64,000 nucleotides of DNA from Octopus sinensis. Its lineage: Eukaryota. The first letter of the stretch is position 1. Each line of letters begins with the position of its first letter. Positions 1 through 12,805 of this stretch are shown here, in pieces. Where the stretch lies: the NCBI RefSeq assembly GCF_006345805.1, contig NC_042997.1, positions 8,680,001 through 8,744,000 on the forward strand. Direction: 5' to 3'. The position numbers and the translations under genes are program-made. The notes below the pieces were generated by a model that saw only the letters and a program-made list of their open reading frames with translations, was not told where the DNA came from and did not search any database.

Positions 1-689
1 GTCTAATATAAGTTATATATTTCTAGCATTGATACAAGTTACTCAACTAAGAACTAAATGTAAGGACACTGACAGTGCACAAATTTAATCAACCTCAGAC
101 AAATTCAATGCAGAAATAAAACATAACATAGAAAACAAAATTTAGCCTTTGTAGCATTCAGCTTATAGTTAAAAAGGAAGTGAGTGTTTTAAATTTCATG
201 CATATGAAGTATGCAAAAATTTAGTTTCTCGGAAAAAGTGAACCTATATCTGAAAGAAATACTGACGATTTAAATAAAGAGCCAGGTTACTTGCAAAGTA
301 AAAAGAAGAAAAGTTTTAAACAGTCTTGAGACGAACACATGTTTTATAATGCTTTTCTACCAAAATAGAAGTACAAATATAATATAATATAATATAAATT
401 TATGATATCTCATATTTAGAATTAATTTTGTCTCAGTGGAGTAATTCAAGAAATGTTGAGACAATATATTATCAAGTGAAATAGATATTGGATATATTTA
501 TTACATAAATACATCAACAAGAGAAAAAGCTATAAAACACATTGATATATGAATATCTTTGGTTATTGAGGGTAGGTGGTTGACTTAATTTGTTATCTGG
601 TTAATTGACACAATATGGTGCTTAGTTACCTAAAATGAAATGCTTCTAACTTAGAAGCATTCAGATCAGGTCTCTTATGATCTTGATAT

Positions 690-1000
690 CACCGTGATCA
701 CCGTGACCGACCAGGCTATCAGATGTTGCTACACATCGCTGGTCACAATGCACTTCACATTGTTTTAGCCTTCAAATGATGCCACCCCACTGGCTAATCG
801 AGCAGGCCAACAGAAGAAAGAGTGAGAGAAAGTTGTGGCTAAAGAGTACAACAGGGATCGCCACCACCCCTTGCCAGAGCCTCATGGAGCTTGAGGTGTT
901 TTCGCTCAATAAACACTCACAATGCCCGGTCTGGGAATTGAAACCGTGATCCTACAACCACGAGTCCGCTGCCCTAACTACTGGGCCATTGTGCCTCCAC
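690..1000 (-). mobile_element. tRNA-derived SINE (head family A), full length with 13-bp TSD
   Basis: Minus strand begins GTGGAGGCACAA-TGGCCCAGTAG (A box) ... GGTTTCAATTCC (B box) and ends in (CACGGTGAT)2; identical ATGATCTTGATAT flanks at 677-689 and 1001-1013. Confidence 0.9.
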
Positions 1001-1059
1001 ATGATCTTGATATGATGCTTGTCATTGCAGAAAGTCATGACATCAGGTTTCTTCCTCAT

Positions 1060-2050
1060 ATTCTACCTCCAATATAGGTCTGGCAATAACACCATGAACA
1101 TTGCCCTTCCTCTTCTGACTAATCAATGAAAATCATATTGAAACAATTTTGGCAATAATAAATAAAAGAACTGATGTAAATACTACTAAATACAAAGTAT
1201 TTCAAAACTGCAAAGTCACAAACTTCAGGTGGTAACAAACAGTATTCACAATCATTCGACACAATATCCAAATGGCTCTTCAGGGAACAAAATAAAATTA
1301 TCTTAATACTCAATAGTGAAGAAATACTAACCCCCAGCACCTCAGTTTTAACAATGTACAAAACCCTATCAACAAAATATCCTCTGATGAAGAAAAACCT
1401 TCTGTTTTGCAAGGGTTCATTATATGAATCCATAAAATAGTTATTGATCAACGAGTCTATAACTGAAAACTGAAGGAGAAAGGGGAAAAATGTTGACACA
1501 GCATTTATTGATTGTGAGAAAGTTTCTGAGTGTTCTCCTTGTAGGTATCCTAAAAATATTAGCCATGTGTATTTTATCAACAATAACAGAACAGTTGAAA
1601 ATGTCAGAAAAAGCAGAAATTTTTTCAGACCTTAGGTAACTACTTGTGATTTTGAGGTTTTGGAATTTATTGTCTTTTAGTGTGTAAAACACAGATCAAA
1701 TGACGGAAAAAAACTCTGATCAAGCAATAAATGACTTTACCTGGGAGATATGGAACATGCATTAATTGTTCCTGTCTTCTTTGTACGGTTTTTGGTATCT
1801 AGTTTTGAAAAAAGTATTTGATAAACGATTTTTCTTGTAGATAGAATTATCTGGTGTTAATATTATGCAATTGTAGCAATGGTTGTTCAGTAGATGTGGT
1901 AGAAGGGCATATGCTCTGGCAGGTCCAACCAAACTACAGAGATACTGGATGACTAACCCTAGGGAAAGACTACCTTATAGAAGCTAGCATGTAATCTTTC
2001 ACTAGAGTTTGAAGCTACATAAACTGAAGAGATGATAAATGATCTGCCCA
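1060..2050 (+). mobile_element. Highly degenerate RTE-clade LINE, reverse transcriptase remnant
   Basis: Manual translation gives FCKGS...AFIDCEKVSE (1501-1530), matching the RTE FRKGxS...AFIDYEKAFD motif; many stops and frameshifts. Boundaries uncertain. Confidence 0.5.
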
Positions 2051-2093
2051 CCTAGCCAGCAAAGTGGCTTCATCTTAAAAGCTAAAACAAGGC

Positions 2094-3380
2094 AAGAAAA
2101 TGGGCCTCAGTTTCTTACAGATCAACCAGACTGCTCTATGGTGGCAGAGTAAAATCTCAGTGACCAGAAGCTGCTAAGTATCACAGCTACCAATAGGCCA
2201 CCAAAGAATCAGATAAATACCTTCACCATAAGTATCTACAACTGCAGGTCTTTGGCAGGGAGAACAAGAATGACCCATTTAATGGAAGAGAAAAAGCAAA
2301 TTAAATGAGATGCTCTAGGGCTCAGTGAAACAAGTCAAAGGAAGGAAATAAATGTGAGATGGACAGATGGAAGTGTTGTGAGACTGGGAAAAGCAGACTG
2401 CGAGAGCAACAGGTGATACAGGGCTCATTGTAAGCAAAGAATAGGCTTCAAAAATTGCTTCTTGCCAATTGCCTTCATCATGTATCAGAGTGCTAAACAA
2501 TCGTTTCTCAAAAAAAGCCACCCTGAAGAAAATGGGCCTCAGTATCTTACAGATCAACCAGACTGCTCTATGGTGGCAGAGTAAAATCTCAGTGACCAGA
2601 AGCTGATAAGTATCACAGCTACCAATAGGCCACCAAAGAATCAGATAAATACCCTCACCATAAGTATCTACAACTGCAGGTCTTTGGCAAGTGATGATGA
2701 TGAAGTGGAACAATTAAGAATTCTACCAAGCACTAGAGAAAAGGTTAGCTCACCATAGTTATGGGAGATTACAACACAAAGCTTAGAAAAAGATGATAAG
2801 GGCAGAAATATGTTGGTAAGTTTGAATCAGAAGAAAAAAACACAAAAGAGGAGAATGTTTGGTTACCATCACAGGAATAAGAAGACCCTACATTGGGGAA
2901 CAGCCTATAGAGGAAGCAACTTGGAAAGAGAGAGACCTGGATAGTTCCAAACACTCAGCACAAGGATGAAATTGACTACATCCTGGTGCATATTGCAGGA
3001 CATCTCATTGGTAATGTCATTCAATACAGGCAATGATCATCACTTGTTCTGGGCAAAGATTGTGATCGATGAAATCAAGATCAAAAGGCTCTGTATATCT
3101 CAATGAAAGACCAGCAGATCATGCCCCTTGGTGTGAAACAGTTACAGGAAGTTATTAAGAAGGAAATCTGGAATGAACTCGAACAATGAAAACTACAATT
3201 TTCTGGTCCAGAATATTAAAAAATTTAAAAGCTGCATATGGAAAGCAAAAACTGCAAACCAGTGAGAGACTGGTGGAAGAATCTCAGAAGAGATGAAGAA
3301 AATGCTAGAAAAATGGAAAACAAAGAAGACTATCACAAACGACCACCTCAAGTATTCTGTTCTCTACAAAGTTACCAGAC
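2094..3380 (+). mobile_element. Degenerate RTE-clade LINE, 5' region and AP-endonuclease remnant
   Basis: TISIYNCRSLA (~2655-2690), TWIVPNTQHKDEIDYILV (~2934-2988) and GNDHHLFWAKI (~3030-3062) match the APE motifs TYNxRTL, TW-SP-NEIDYIL and SDH. Confidence 0.7.
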
Positions 3381-3388
3381 AACATATG

Positions 3389-3690
<302 letters not shown>

Positions 3691-3969
3691 TAATATCAAA
3701 GTTTGGTACCCATCTGATGAGGTGCTGCTTCATGCTATTCAATCATTGGTAAATGTGTACAGAGGTTCTGTAATTTATCATACATAATTGTTTATATGTA
3801 ATGTGGTCTGAAGTGGAATCATACTGGAACAATTATAATTGATATCAAACTTATGCTATATTGTTAACTTCATCCTCCTCCTTGACTTATGTGTATATGT
3901 GTGTGTGTGTCTCTCTCTATACTACATACATACATACATACATACATACATACATACATTTATATATAT

Positions 3970-4353
3970 TCTTTTACTCTTTTACTTGTTTCAGTCATTT
4001 GACTGCAGCCATGCTGGAGCACCACCTTTAGTCAAGCAAATCAACCCCAGGACTTATTCTTTGTAAGCCCAGTACTTATTCTATCGGTCTCTTTTGCCGA
4101 ACCGCTAAGTGATGGGGACGTAAACACATCAGCATCAGTTGTCAAGCAATGCTAGGGGGACAAACACAGACACACACACATACATATATATATACATATA
4201 TACGACGGGCTTCTTTCAGTTTCCGTCTACCAAATCCACTCACAAGGCATTGGTCAGCCCGGGGCTATAGCAGAAGACACTTGCCCAAGATGCCACGCAG
4301 TGGGACTGAACCCGGAACCATGTGGTTGGTTAGCAAGCTACTTACCACACAGC
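3970..4353 (-). mobile_element. tRNA-derived SINE (family B, CORE-like central domain, internal microsatellite)
   Basis: Minus strand GCTGTGTGGTAAG...GGGTTCAGTCCC (A/B boxes), GGCATCTTGGGCAAGTGTC CORE-like block, internal (TA)/(TG) tract, (GTAAAAGA)n tail. Confidence 0.9.
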
Positions 4354-4401
4354 ATATATATATATATATATATACACATAATATATATATATATTATATA
4401 T

Positions 4402-4444
<43 letters not shown>

Positions 4445-4474
4445 CACATATATACAAGAGGGTACCCAAAATAA

Positions 4475-5050
4475 CCAGTACAGTCTTCTGTCTTACACAC
4501 TACAATTGGTGCCTCTTGTACCCACTATTACTCTTAAGTCATTACACTCTGCTCTACATGCACACTAGATTCATTCCTGTCAAGCCTTTTTATATTCCTC
4601 TGTAGTCACAGCATGTTTCACTGCCATGTAGCATAGCTGTATGTTCACAGACATTATACAGTCTGCCCAATCACTCTTAGGGTTTGTTACCAACAAAGGA
4701 ATTGCTCTCTGAACTTTGCCTGGCCTGTTCTTATTCTTGCATCAATGCTTTCAGAACTTCTTCCTCCACAGCTAACTTCATCACCTAGGTAACAGAAGCT
4801 ATCAACTACTTCTAAGGATTTCCCTGGACATTTGAGGAAGTCTATTCTCTGTACATTCTTTAGTGCTTATAATACCTGCATATCTGACAGTCATCAGCGG
4901 AGAGGAGCTGCCAAGGTAGTCATTCTTAAATCCCTTTGTTACAGCCTGTAGGACTATGATAAACAAAAAAGGTACTGAGAATTGATAGTTGGTGTACTTG
5001 AACTTGTACACTAAATTCATTGTTATTATCACTGCTGACCTTCCCCTTAT
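4475..5050 (-). mobile_element. RTE LINE RT C-terminal fragment
   Basis: Minus translation CPGKSLEVVDSFCYLGDEVSCGGRSSESIDARIRTGQAKFRE matches the RTE YLG region; stops downstream. Confidence 0.8.
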
Positions 5051-5248
5051 GATGGCAAAAGTGTAGGTTGTAAAATAGTAACACTAGATAAATTCATATA
5101 TGCTTCCAGATGGTAGAGTGTTTAGTGGCATTATGTTGTCACCAACCTACAGGGTTTGGGAACTTGGCAGTGTAAGTGACACCAAATACTAATAATAAGA
5201 AAAACATGTTTCATATGGTAAGGTAACAAGTCTAATGGTATTAGGTTA

Positions 5249-5420
5249 TGTCTTTGTCTGCTACTGAGTTCAAATTCCGTCGAGGTCGACTTTGCCTTTC
5301 ATCCTTTCAGCGTCGATTAAATAAGTACCAGTTACGCACTGGAGTCGATATAATCGACTTAATCCGTTTGTCCTTGTTCGTTCCCTCTGTATTTAACTCC
5401 TTGTGGGTAGTAAAGAAATA
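5249..5420 (+). mobile_element. 5'-truncated tRNA-derived SINE (family C) with 12-bp TSD
   Basis: GAGTTCAAATTCC B box plus GACTTTGCCTTTCATCCTTTC body; GGTATTAGGTTA at 5237-5248 and 5421-5432. Confidence 0.85.
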
Positions 5421-5432
5421 GGTATTAGGTTA

Positions 5433-6720
5433 CGTATTAGTTTATATCTTGTGTATAGCTGTGAGGTGGATGTTTACCTGGTTGTAGTAGGCCATGTTGA
5501 TGTTATACAAAAGAGAAATAATAGCACTTTGGGTAAGCAAGAATTGTTTACGCTGCAATTGTTCTTGACTGCTAGGTCTAAGGTAGTCTTTCTTGGATAT
5601 TTGTGGCTAATGGTTTGAAGTCATGAACAGGCTGTATCTTTAGTGAAAACAATAAGGTATATCAGTTTTCTTGTTGATAGATAATGCAGGCTGTTGCAGT
5701 ATATAAATTTTTGCATGGTGCAGATATAGTAACTACTAATTCCAAATCAGATGGAGGGGGTTCTTTCAAAGATACTCCATGTAATGTTGGGAACCCCTTG
5801 ATCCCAGACTCGTGACAGGAAAGTAGAAGAATTTTCCCTTCACCTGAACGAGGATACATGTTGCAAAAATCATCCCTTGAAATCATTGACTGCTATGTCA
5901 GTAAGGTATTTCTGGATGATATTAGATTGTGCATGGGTAGCTCTATTGACTACAGCCTTTGAGAAGCAGAATCCTCACAGTGGGTAGTTGATGGGATTTT
6001 GGTAGTTATTGTTTGAGACATAGGATAGAGTCAGTATGAATGCATATTTCTTTGTTATTGTGTGCAATGTTGGAATTGGTATTTTCTAACTATGAATAGC
6101 TAACCTTAATGCTATGTGCATCAAAGAGTTTCTGTTACATAAAAATGCATAGAAAATACTAATTAGGGACAAGAAACTTCTAGCTATATTAGAGAATACA
6201 TCTGGATTAATTGGAAGAGTGACCTAGATTACTTTTTTCCTTCTAACTCTATTTGAGTTTGAGAGTGAGTTGTACTCCCTTTATACTGACTCATTAGTAA
6301 AGGCACTCAATATTAGTGTTTCATTACAAAGGGATGTGGCAGTGTTGAAGATATCCCTTTCTGCAGATAATTTGGAGGTTCTTTTGTTAAATCTTGTGAT
6401 TAAGTTTCTTATTACAGCAGGGGGTAAAAAACTTCCTGATTATCATTTCTGTTTGGGTCCAGAGTGACATCCAGGAAGTTGGCCCTGGTTAAGTTGATGG
6501 CAACAGTTATACATGGGCAGAATTCTTTAAAGATGTTTATTTGATTGTTGATCAATAATGAGGCCATTCATATGGCATGAGATTGCCAGGGTTAAACTGA
6601 GTGGGGGTGGGGACCAGTTAGAGTATCCCAACAAGATCATCGACATTGACTCAAAAGTAATTTCCCCATACACACATCAAACAGTGGGACCACTTTTTTT
6701 TTTGGACCCCATAGGAACCA
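5433..6720 (-). mobile_element. Degenerate Penelope-like element (RT + GIY-YIG)
   Basis: Minus-strand motifs in order PMGS..GP, VNVDDLVGI (YxDD region), NFLDVTLD, THCEDSASQRL, VVTISAPCKNLYTAT (GIY-YIG-like). Confidence 0.7.
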
Positions 6721-7015
6721 TACTAGAACAGAAGTGACTTTCTAATATTCAGATGATTCTGATGATTTTAGTAAATTGTTTCCCAAAGTGTAGCATCTTC
6801 AAGCAATATGATTTTCATATGAAAAGGTAGAAATCTAGCTGAATATGTAGCGTGTGAAATAATTTTCATATGTTTTCATTTCTTGTGTTATACAGAGTTA
6901 TAAATGTGTCAACCACGACAGTTCAAGACTTTCATTTACACATTTATACATTCACCAAATTCATAGATGTTGATGAGAAGACAATGTGTGTATAACTTAC
7001 TCACCTACTTGAATG

Positions 7016-7065
<50 letters not shown>

Positions 7066-7530
7066 ATTTAGCTATAACTGAAAAGAGAAGGCTAATTATA
7101 GAAAATGTACATAACATACTGTATGCAAAACCTTGTTCTAAATAGTTTAGAATTGTGATTGCTAAAGGGAACAAAATTTATCTGAAGAATTACAATTTTA
7201 TTCAGAACTGATGCAATCAGAGCAATGCACACTCTATTAGTGAAAGTATTCAGAATAAAATTAAATACATACAATGATATAGAATTAATTCAATGAAATG
7301 CTTTATAGATATACATAATTAAACTATTACACTAATACTAACATTTTCAGCATAAGTTGATTTACTTGAACTTTATCAACTGACAGATGTACAATTTGAC
7401 TAAAGTTGTTTTATTGCCTATATTTTAGTTATATTATATCTTAGCATGTATAAACACAATTTCATTTCATTTCATTTTTCTATTTTAACTTAAATGCACA
7501 CAGTGGTGAAGAGGAAGCAGATCATTGAAT

Positions 7531-7940
7531 TCTTTTACTCTTTTACTTGTTTCAGTCATTTAACTGTGGCCATGCTGGAGCACCGCCCTTTCGTCGAGTA
7601 AATCGACCCCAGGACTTATTCTTTGTAAGCCTTGAACTTATTCTATCGGTCTCTTTTGCCGAACCGCTAAGTTACGGGGACGTAAACACACCAGCATCGG
7701 TTGTCAGGCGATGTTGGGGGGACAAACACAAACACACAAACACAGACACACACATACATATATATAAATATACATATATACGACGGGCTTCTTTCAGTTT
7801 CCGTCTACCAAATCCACTTACAAGGCTTTGGTCGGCCCAAGGTTATAGTAGAAGACACTTGCCCAAGGTGCTACGCAGTGGGACTGAAGACAGAACCATG
7901 TGGTTGGTAAGCAAGCTACTTACCACACAGCTAGTCCTAT
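7531..7940 (-). mobile_element. tRNA-derived SINE family B
   Basis: Colinear, high-identity match to 3970-4353 and 31270-31673. Confidence 0.9.
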
Positions 7941-8126
7941 GCTTAAACTAAATACTTTATATTAATCTTCCTTGATTGTGCTATTCTTTCAAGCTTCACA
8001 TGGTCATGGCTTCACTTTTTATACCTCCACAGTTGATAAAATAGGAGTGAAGTTTGTACAAAGGGACACAGTGAGTCAATCAACACTATCTTTCCCTTGT
8101 AAATTTAAGGCCCAATACCAATATAT

Positions 8127-8540
8127 GTTTTATCTTTTACATGCTTCAATTGTGAGACTGTGGTCATGCTGGGGCATATCTTTGAAGAATTTTTAGTTGA
8201 ATGAATTCAACACAGTACTTATTTTATAAACCTGGTACTTATTCTAATGGCCCCTTTTACTGAACTGCTAAGTTATGGGACACAAACACGCCAACATCAG
8301 TTGTCAAGTGGTGGTGGAAGACAAACACAGACACAAAGTCACACACACATACATACATAGATATATATATGTATGAATATACAACAGGCTTCTTTCAGTT
8401 TCTATCTACCAAATCCACTCACAAGGCTTTGGTCAGCCTGAGGCTATGGTAGAAGACACTTGACCAAGGTGTCATGCAGTAGGACTGAACCAGGAATCAT
8501 ATGACTAGGAAGCAAGCTTCTTATCACAAAACCATACTTG
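8127..8540 (-). mobile_element. tRNA-derived SINE family B, older copy
   Basis: Same modules (CCAAATCCACTCACAAGGCTTTGGTC, GAAGACACTTG) with more substitutions. Confidence 0.8.
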
Positions 8541-8593
8541 GCCTTAGATACAAAAAATATTTTAATAAGTATTCATGAGAACCCAAACTCTCT

Positions 8594-9143
8594 ACCACCA
8601 CCATCATCATCATCATCATTTAGCGTCCGTTTTCCATGCTAGCATGGGTTGGACGGTTCAACTGGGGTCTGTGAAGCCAGAAGGCTGCATCAGGCCCAGT
8701 CAGATCTGGCAGTGTTTCTACGGCTGGATGCCCTTCCTAACGCCAACCACTCCGTGAGTGTAGTGGGTGCTTTTTACGTGCCACCCGCACAGGTGCCAGA
8801 CAGAGCTGGCAAACGGCCACGAACGGATGGTGCTTTTACGTGCCACCAGCACGGGGGCCAGGCGAGGCTAGCAACAGACACGAACGGATGGTACTTTTAC
8901 GTGCCACCGGCACGGGGGCCAGGCGAGGCTGGCAACGGACACGAATGGATGGTGCTTTTACGTGCCACCGGCACGGGGGCCAGGCAAGGCTGGCAACGGA
9001 CACGAACGGATGGTGCTTTTACGTGCCAAGGCACGGGGGCCAGGCGAGGCTGGCAATGGACACGAATGGATGGTGCTTTTACGTGCCACTGGCACGGGGG
9101 CCAGACGAGGCTGGCAACGAACACGAGCGGATGGTGCTTTTAG
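8594..9143 (-). mobile_element. RTE LINE 3' UTR fragment with (GAT)n tail and internal 61-bp tandem array
   Basis: (CAT)n-TTTAGCGTCCGTTTTCCATGCTAGCATGGGTTGGACGG terminus; about 6 copies of a 61-bp unit at 8772-9141 (unit starts 8851, 8912, 8973, 9033, 9094). Linked to RTE through the copy at 53806-54362. Confidence 0.85.
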
Positions 9144-9405
9144 GGAATAAATATGATTTCTACTCCCTATCCAAAGACATTTGCAGCATTAGTGCAAACA
9201 TTCATAAGGTTGAGATGATGGATCAGTCTCATGCACTTTCATGAGCCTTATTTGACATGTCAATCAGACGAGACATTAAAGAAGGCTAGAACTTCATGGT
9301 TGGTGATGTCATTAATTGTGATATACCAAAATGCTGCAGGTTGAAAAAATAATTTACCTGCTATTAGTCATAATTCTACATCTTACTCTCTTTTTCCTTA
9401 GATAT

Positions 9406-9812
9406 AGGTGCAGGAGTGGCTGTGAGGTAAGTAGCTTGCTTACCAACCACATGGTTTCAGGTTCAGTCCCACTGCGTGGCACCTTGGCCAAGTGTCTTCT
9501 TCTATAGCCTCGGGTCGACCAAAGCCTTGTGAGTGGATTTGGTAGATGGAAACTGAAAGAAACCCGTCATATATATGTATATATATGTGCGTGTGTGTTT
9601 GTGTGTCTGTGTTTGTCCCCCCACCCCCAACATTGCTTGACAACTGATGCTGGTGTGTTTACGTCCCCGTAACTTAGCGGTTCAGCAAAAGAGACCGATA
9701 GAATATGTACTAGGCTTATAAAGAATAAGTCCTGGGGTCGATTTGCTCGACTACAGGCGGTGCTCCAGCATGGCTGCAGTCAAATGACTGAAACAAGTAA
9801 AATAATAAAAGA
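9406..9812 (+). mobile_element. tRNA-derived SINE family B, full length
   Basis: AGGTGCAGGAGTGGCTGTGAGG head, B box GGTTCAGTCCC, CORE-like GGCACCTTGGCCAAGTGTC, GAAACAAGTAAAA tail. Confidence 0.9.
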
Positions 9813-10729
9813 ATATTGTATTACTCCCACACCCACTACCACCATCACCACAGCTATATTTAGATTATCTGAGAATCTAAAGGAGATGTCAAAATTGACT
9901 TCTTTAAGTCTTTTGTGAGAGTTAGAACCTTAAACTTCTTAATCCTTTCCTTTTAGAATGGAGCATTTTTGTGTTTCTCTGTTGAATTTTCAGGAAGTGT
10001 AACTGAAGAATGAATTATGTGCAGTGCACAAGGACAAGAATATACAATCCCCAAAATGTGATTCTTTTTCAAAGGCATCGGTTTGAAGTGAGTCACCAAC
10101 ATGTCCATTTCTTTACTTCAATTTCCAAAATAGTTTCAAATACTTTCTAAGATTGAACAAAGTAAAGCTTTAAAGGAATTTATTCCTTTGCCTAAGGAAA
10201 AAACATCCAGGCATTTTAAATCCATGTAAAGAATACCAAACAACAAAAAAAAAAAAGCATAACAAAATTGATATGTTGTAATTGGATGTATTCATAGATT
10301 CTTTGTGTCCTGACAGCTGTAAGCTATAAAACTAGATGATGATGATGATAATAATAATAATAATAATAATTGTATATCCTAAGAGAAGAAAGATAAATTG
10401 AATCTTAGATATCAGTAAGATGATCTAATATTAAAATTATATTATCCAGTTCTTCTGATATATTCTTCTTTCTGTCATTTCCATTACATGCCTGAATTTA
10501 TATTCTTTATTGATTGTCAAAGTATAAGGCTTCAACTTGATATTCATTTATATTCGTTATTGCATAGCTTAGGACTGATACTACCTGTAAAATAACAAGC
10601 TTATCTTAATTTCATCTTCTTAAGTTACAATAGTATATTTAGAACATCCTAAGGAAAAAAAGAAAAACCATTGTGTCCCTTTCATGCAATATAGTAGCTT
10701 GTGATTATTCTAAATATATTCGTACCTAT

Positions 10730-10746
10730 AAATAAGATAGACAGGC

Positions 10747-10797
<51 letters not shown>

Positions 10798-10910
10798 CAG
10801 AGAGACAGACAGATAGACAATTAGATAGATAGATATTATCAAGTCTCTGTTTGCACTATTCCCCCATCCTACACGCTGGTAGCAAACAAAAGAAATCATT
10901 ATTATTGTTA

Positions 10911-10977
<67 letters not shown>

Positions 10978-11053
10978 TGTTGCTGTTGTTATTTGCATGT
11001 TATCAGGTTATGTAACTGTATATGGTTTCAGTGTGTGCATGTATGTATGCACA

Positions 11054-11115
<62 letters not shown>

Positions 11116-11121
11116 GCTATC

Positions 11122-11150
<29 letters not shown>
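10730..11150. repeat. Microsatellite cluster (GATA)n, (TTA)n, (TCTA)n, (TA)n
   Basis: Directly visible. Confidence 0.98.
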
Positions 11151-11152
<2 letters not shown>

Positions 11153-11544
11153 GTATGAAGGAAGGTTTGAAAATGCAATTTTAAAGATTCTTATTCACTT
11201 GACCGGTTTCACTTTGTTAGAAAAAGATTGTCAAAATTAAAATGTAAAGCTTTGTATAAGCTTTGTTGTGTTAAGTACTGGTTGTCACGAAAGTATTAAA
11301 GTACATATATACATTCTTTAATGATAATAAGAAAATGTTAAAAACAGTTTACAAGAAGGTATTTAAGAAACTATTCAACAAAAAGTATTAGGAGATCAAT
11401 AAAAATCATGTTTGTTTGGTAATATATAAACACAGAAGGAGATATATTTAAGAATTTACAAAAAATTGGAGAGGAACCGGCCTGTCTTTTTGGCTTTTTT
11501 CTGTCTTGTGTGTAGCTGTATATATATGTTTATATATATATATA

Positions 11545-12805
11545 CAGGGGCTGGACAAAATGATGGAAACACCTAGCATAATTTTGAAATATCTACAAAA
11601 CCATCAAAAGCTTGCTAATTTTTATGTTCTATGATTTCTTATTAGAGTTGTTGAATATGTTTTGCTGAAATTGCTGTTTCTTTTCAGATATCATCAGAAA
11701 AAGGTAATTAAAATTCATTAAAATGACTGATTTATCAGACTTTCAAAGAGGTCAAATTGTTGGTGCTTGTATGGCAGGTGCTAGCGTAACAAAAACAGCC
11801 GAAATATTTGGTATATCAAGAAGTACTGTCTCGAAAGTAATGACAGCCTTTAAGAAAGAGGGGAAAACCTCATTGAAACAAAACTCTGGAAGAAAACCAA
11901 AACTTTCAGATGGGGACTATCGGATTCTTACATGAATTGTTAGATAGGATCACAAAAGTACAGCTCCCAAAATTATTGCAGAGCTTAATGACCACCTCAA
12001 AGAGCCCAGTTTCCACAAAAACTGTTCTCCAGGAGCTGCACAAAGCCAGATTTCATCGAAGGGCTGCAATCAGAAAACCACTACTTTCAAAAACAAACGT
12101 TGCCAAGCATTTAGAATGGAGTAAAATCCTACAGAATTGGTCCCTAGATCAGTGGAAGGATGTTATTTTCTCAGGCGTGTCATCCTTTACCTTATTTCTG
12201 ACCACCAGCCAAGTATGCATGTGGAGACAACCAAAAGAAGCATTTGTACCAGACTGCCTTCTTCCAACTGCTAAACATAGTGGAGGAACTGTGTTGATCT
12301 GGGGGGGCTATATCTTGGAAATTCACCAGCCCAATGATTTCCCTTCGTGGTAGAATTAATAGTCAAGACTATTTAAGCATTTTATCTGATCAACTTCATC
12401 CTATGTTTGCAGAACTGTTTCCAGAGGGAAACACAATCTCTCAGAATGATAATGCACTAATTCACACAGCTAAATTTGTTACTGAATGGCACGAGGAACA
12501 TTCTAGTGAAGTTGAACATCTTATTTTGCCACCACACTACCCAGATCTCAATATTATTGAACATTCATGGTACATTTTAAAAAAACAAGTAAAGGGTCAA
12601 TATCACCCACTATCATCACTACAAGAAGTGGAGAATGTTTTAGCTAAAGAATGGATAAAAATTCCTTTGGAAGCTATTCACCCCTTGTACGAGTCCACAC
12701 CTTGTAGAATTTAAGCTGTAATTACTGCCAAAGGCAGTCCTACCCCATGTTAAGATAAATTTGTTTGAAATTTTAAGCTGTTTCCATTATTTTGCCCAAC
12801 TCCTG
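11545..12805 (+). mobile_element. Tc1-family DNA transposon, full length (~1.26 kb), inserted in (TA)n
   Basis: TIRs CAGGGGCTGGACAAAATGATGGAAAC / reverse complement CAGGAGTTGGGCAAAATAATGGAAAC, TA flanks, transposase inside. Confidence 0.93.
11723..12714 (+). pseudogene. Tc1-like DD34E transposase pseudogene
   Basis: HTH (DLSDFQRGQIVG...AEIFGISRSTVSKV), GRKPKL linker, VIFSGVSSF (first catalytic D lost), SQNDNALIH, PDLNIIEH; split over three ORFs by two frameshifts. Confidence 0.9.

Noticed and set aside
3708-3745. CTGATGAG hammerhead-like start
   Set aside because: No downstream GAAA box or stem I partner.
8649-9244. Regularly spaced GC-rich repeats resembling a CRISPR array or a repetitive protein
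   Set aside because: Units are contiguous with no unique spacers, no cas genes, eukaryotic context; the 61-bp period shifts frame each unit; lies inside an RTE 3' UTR.
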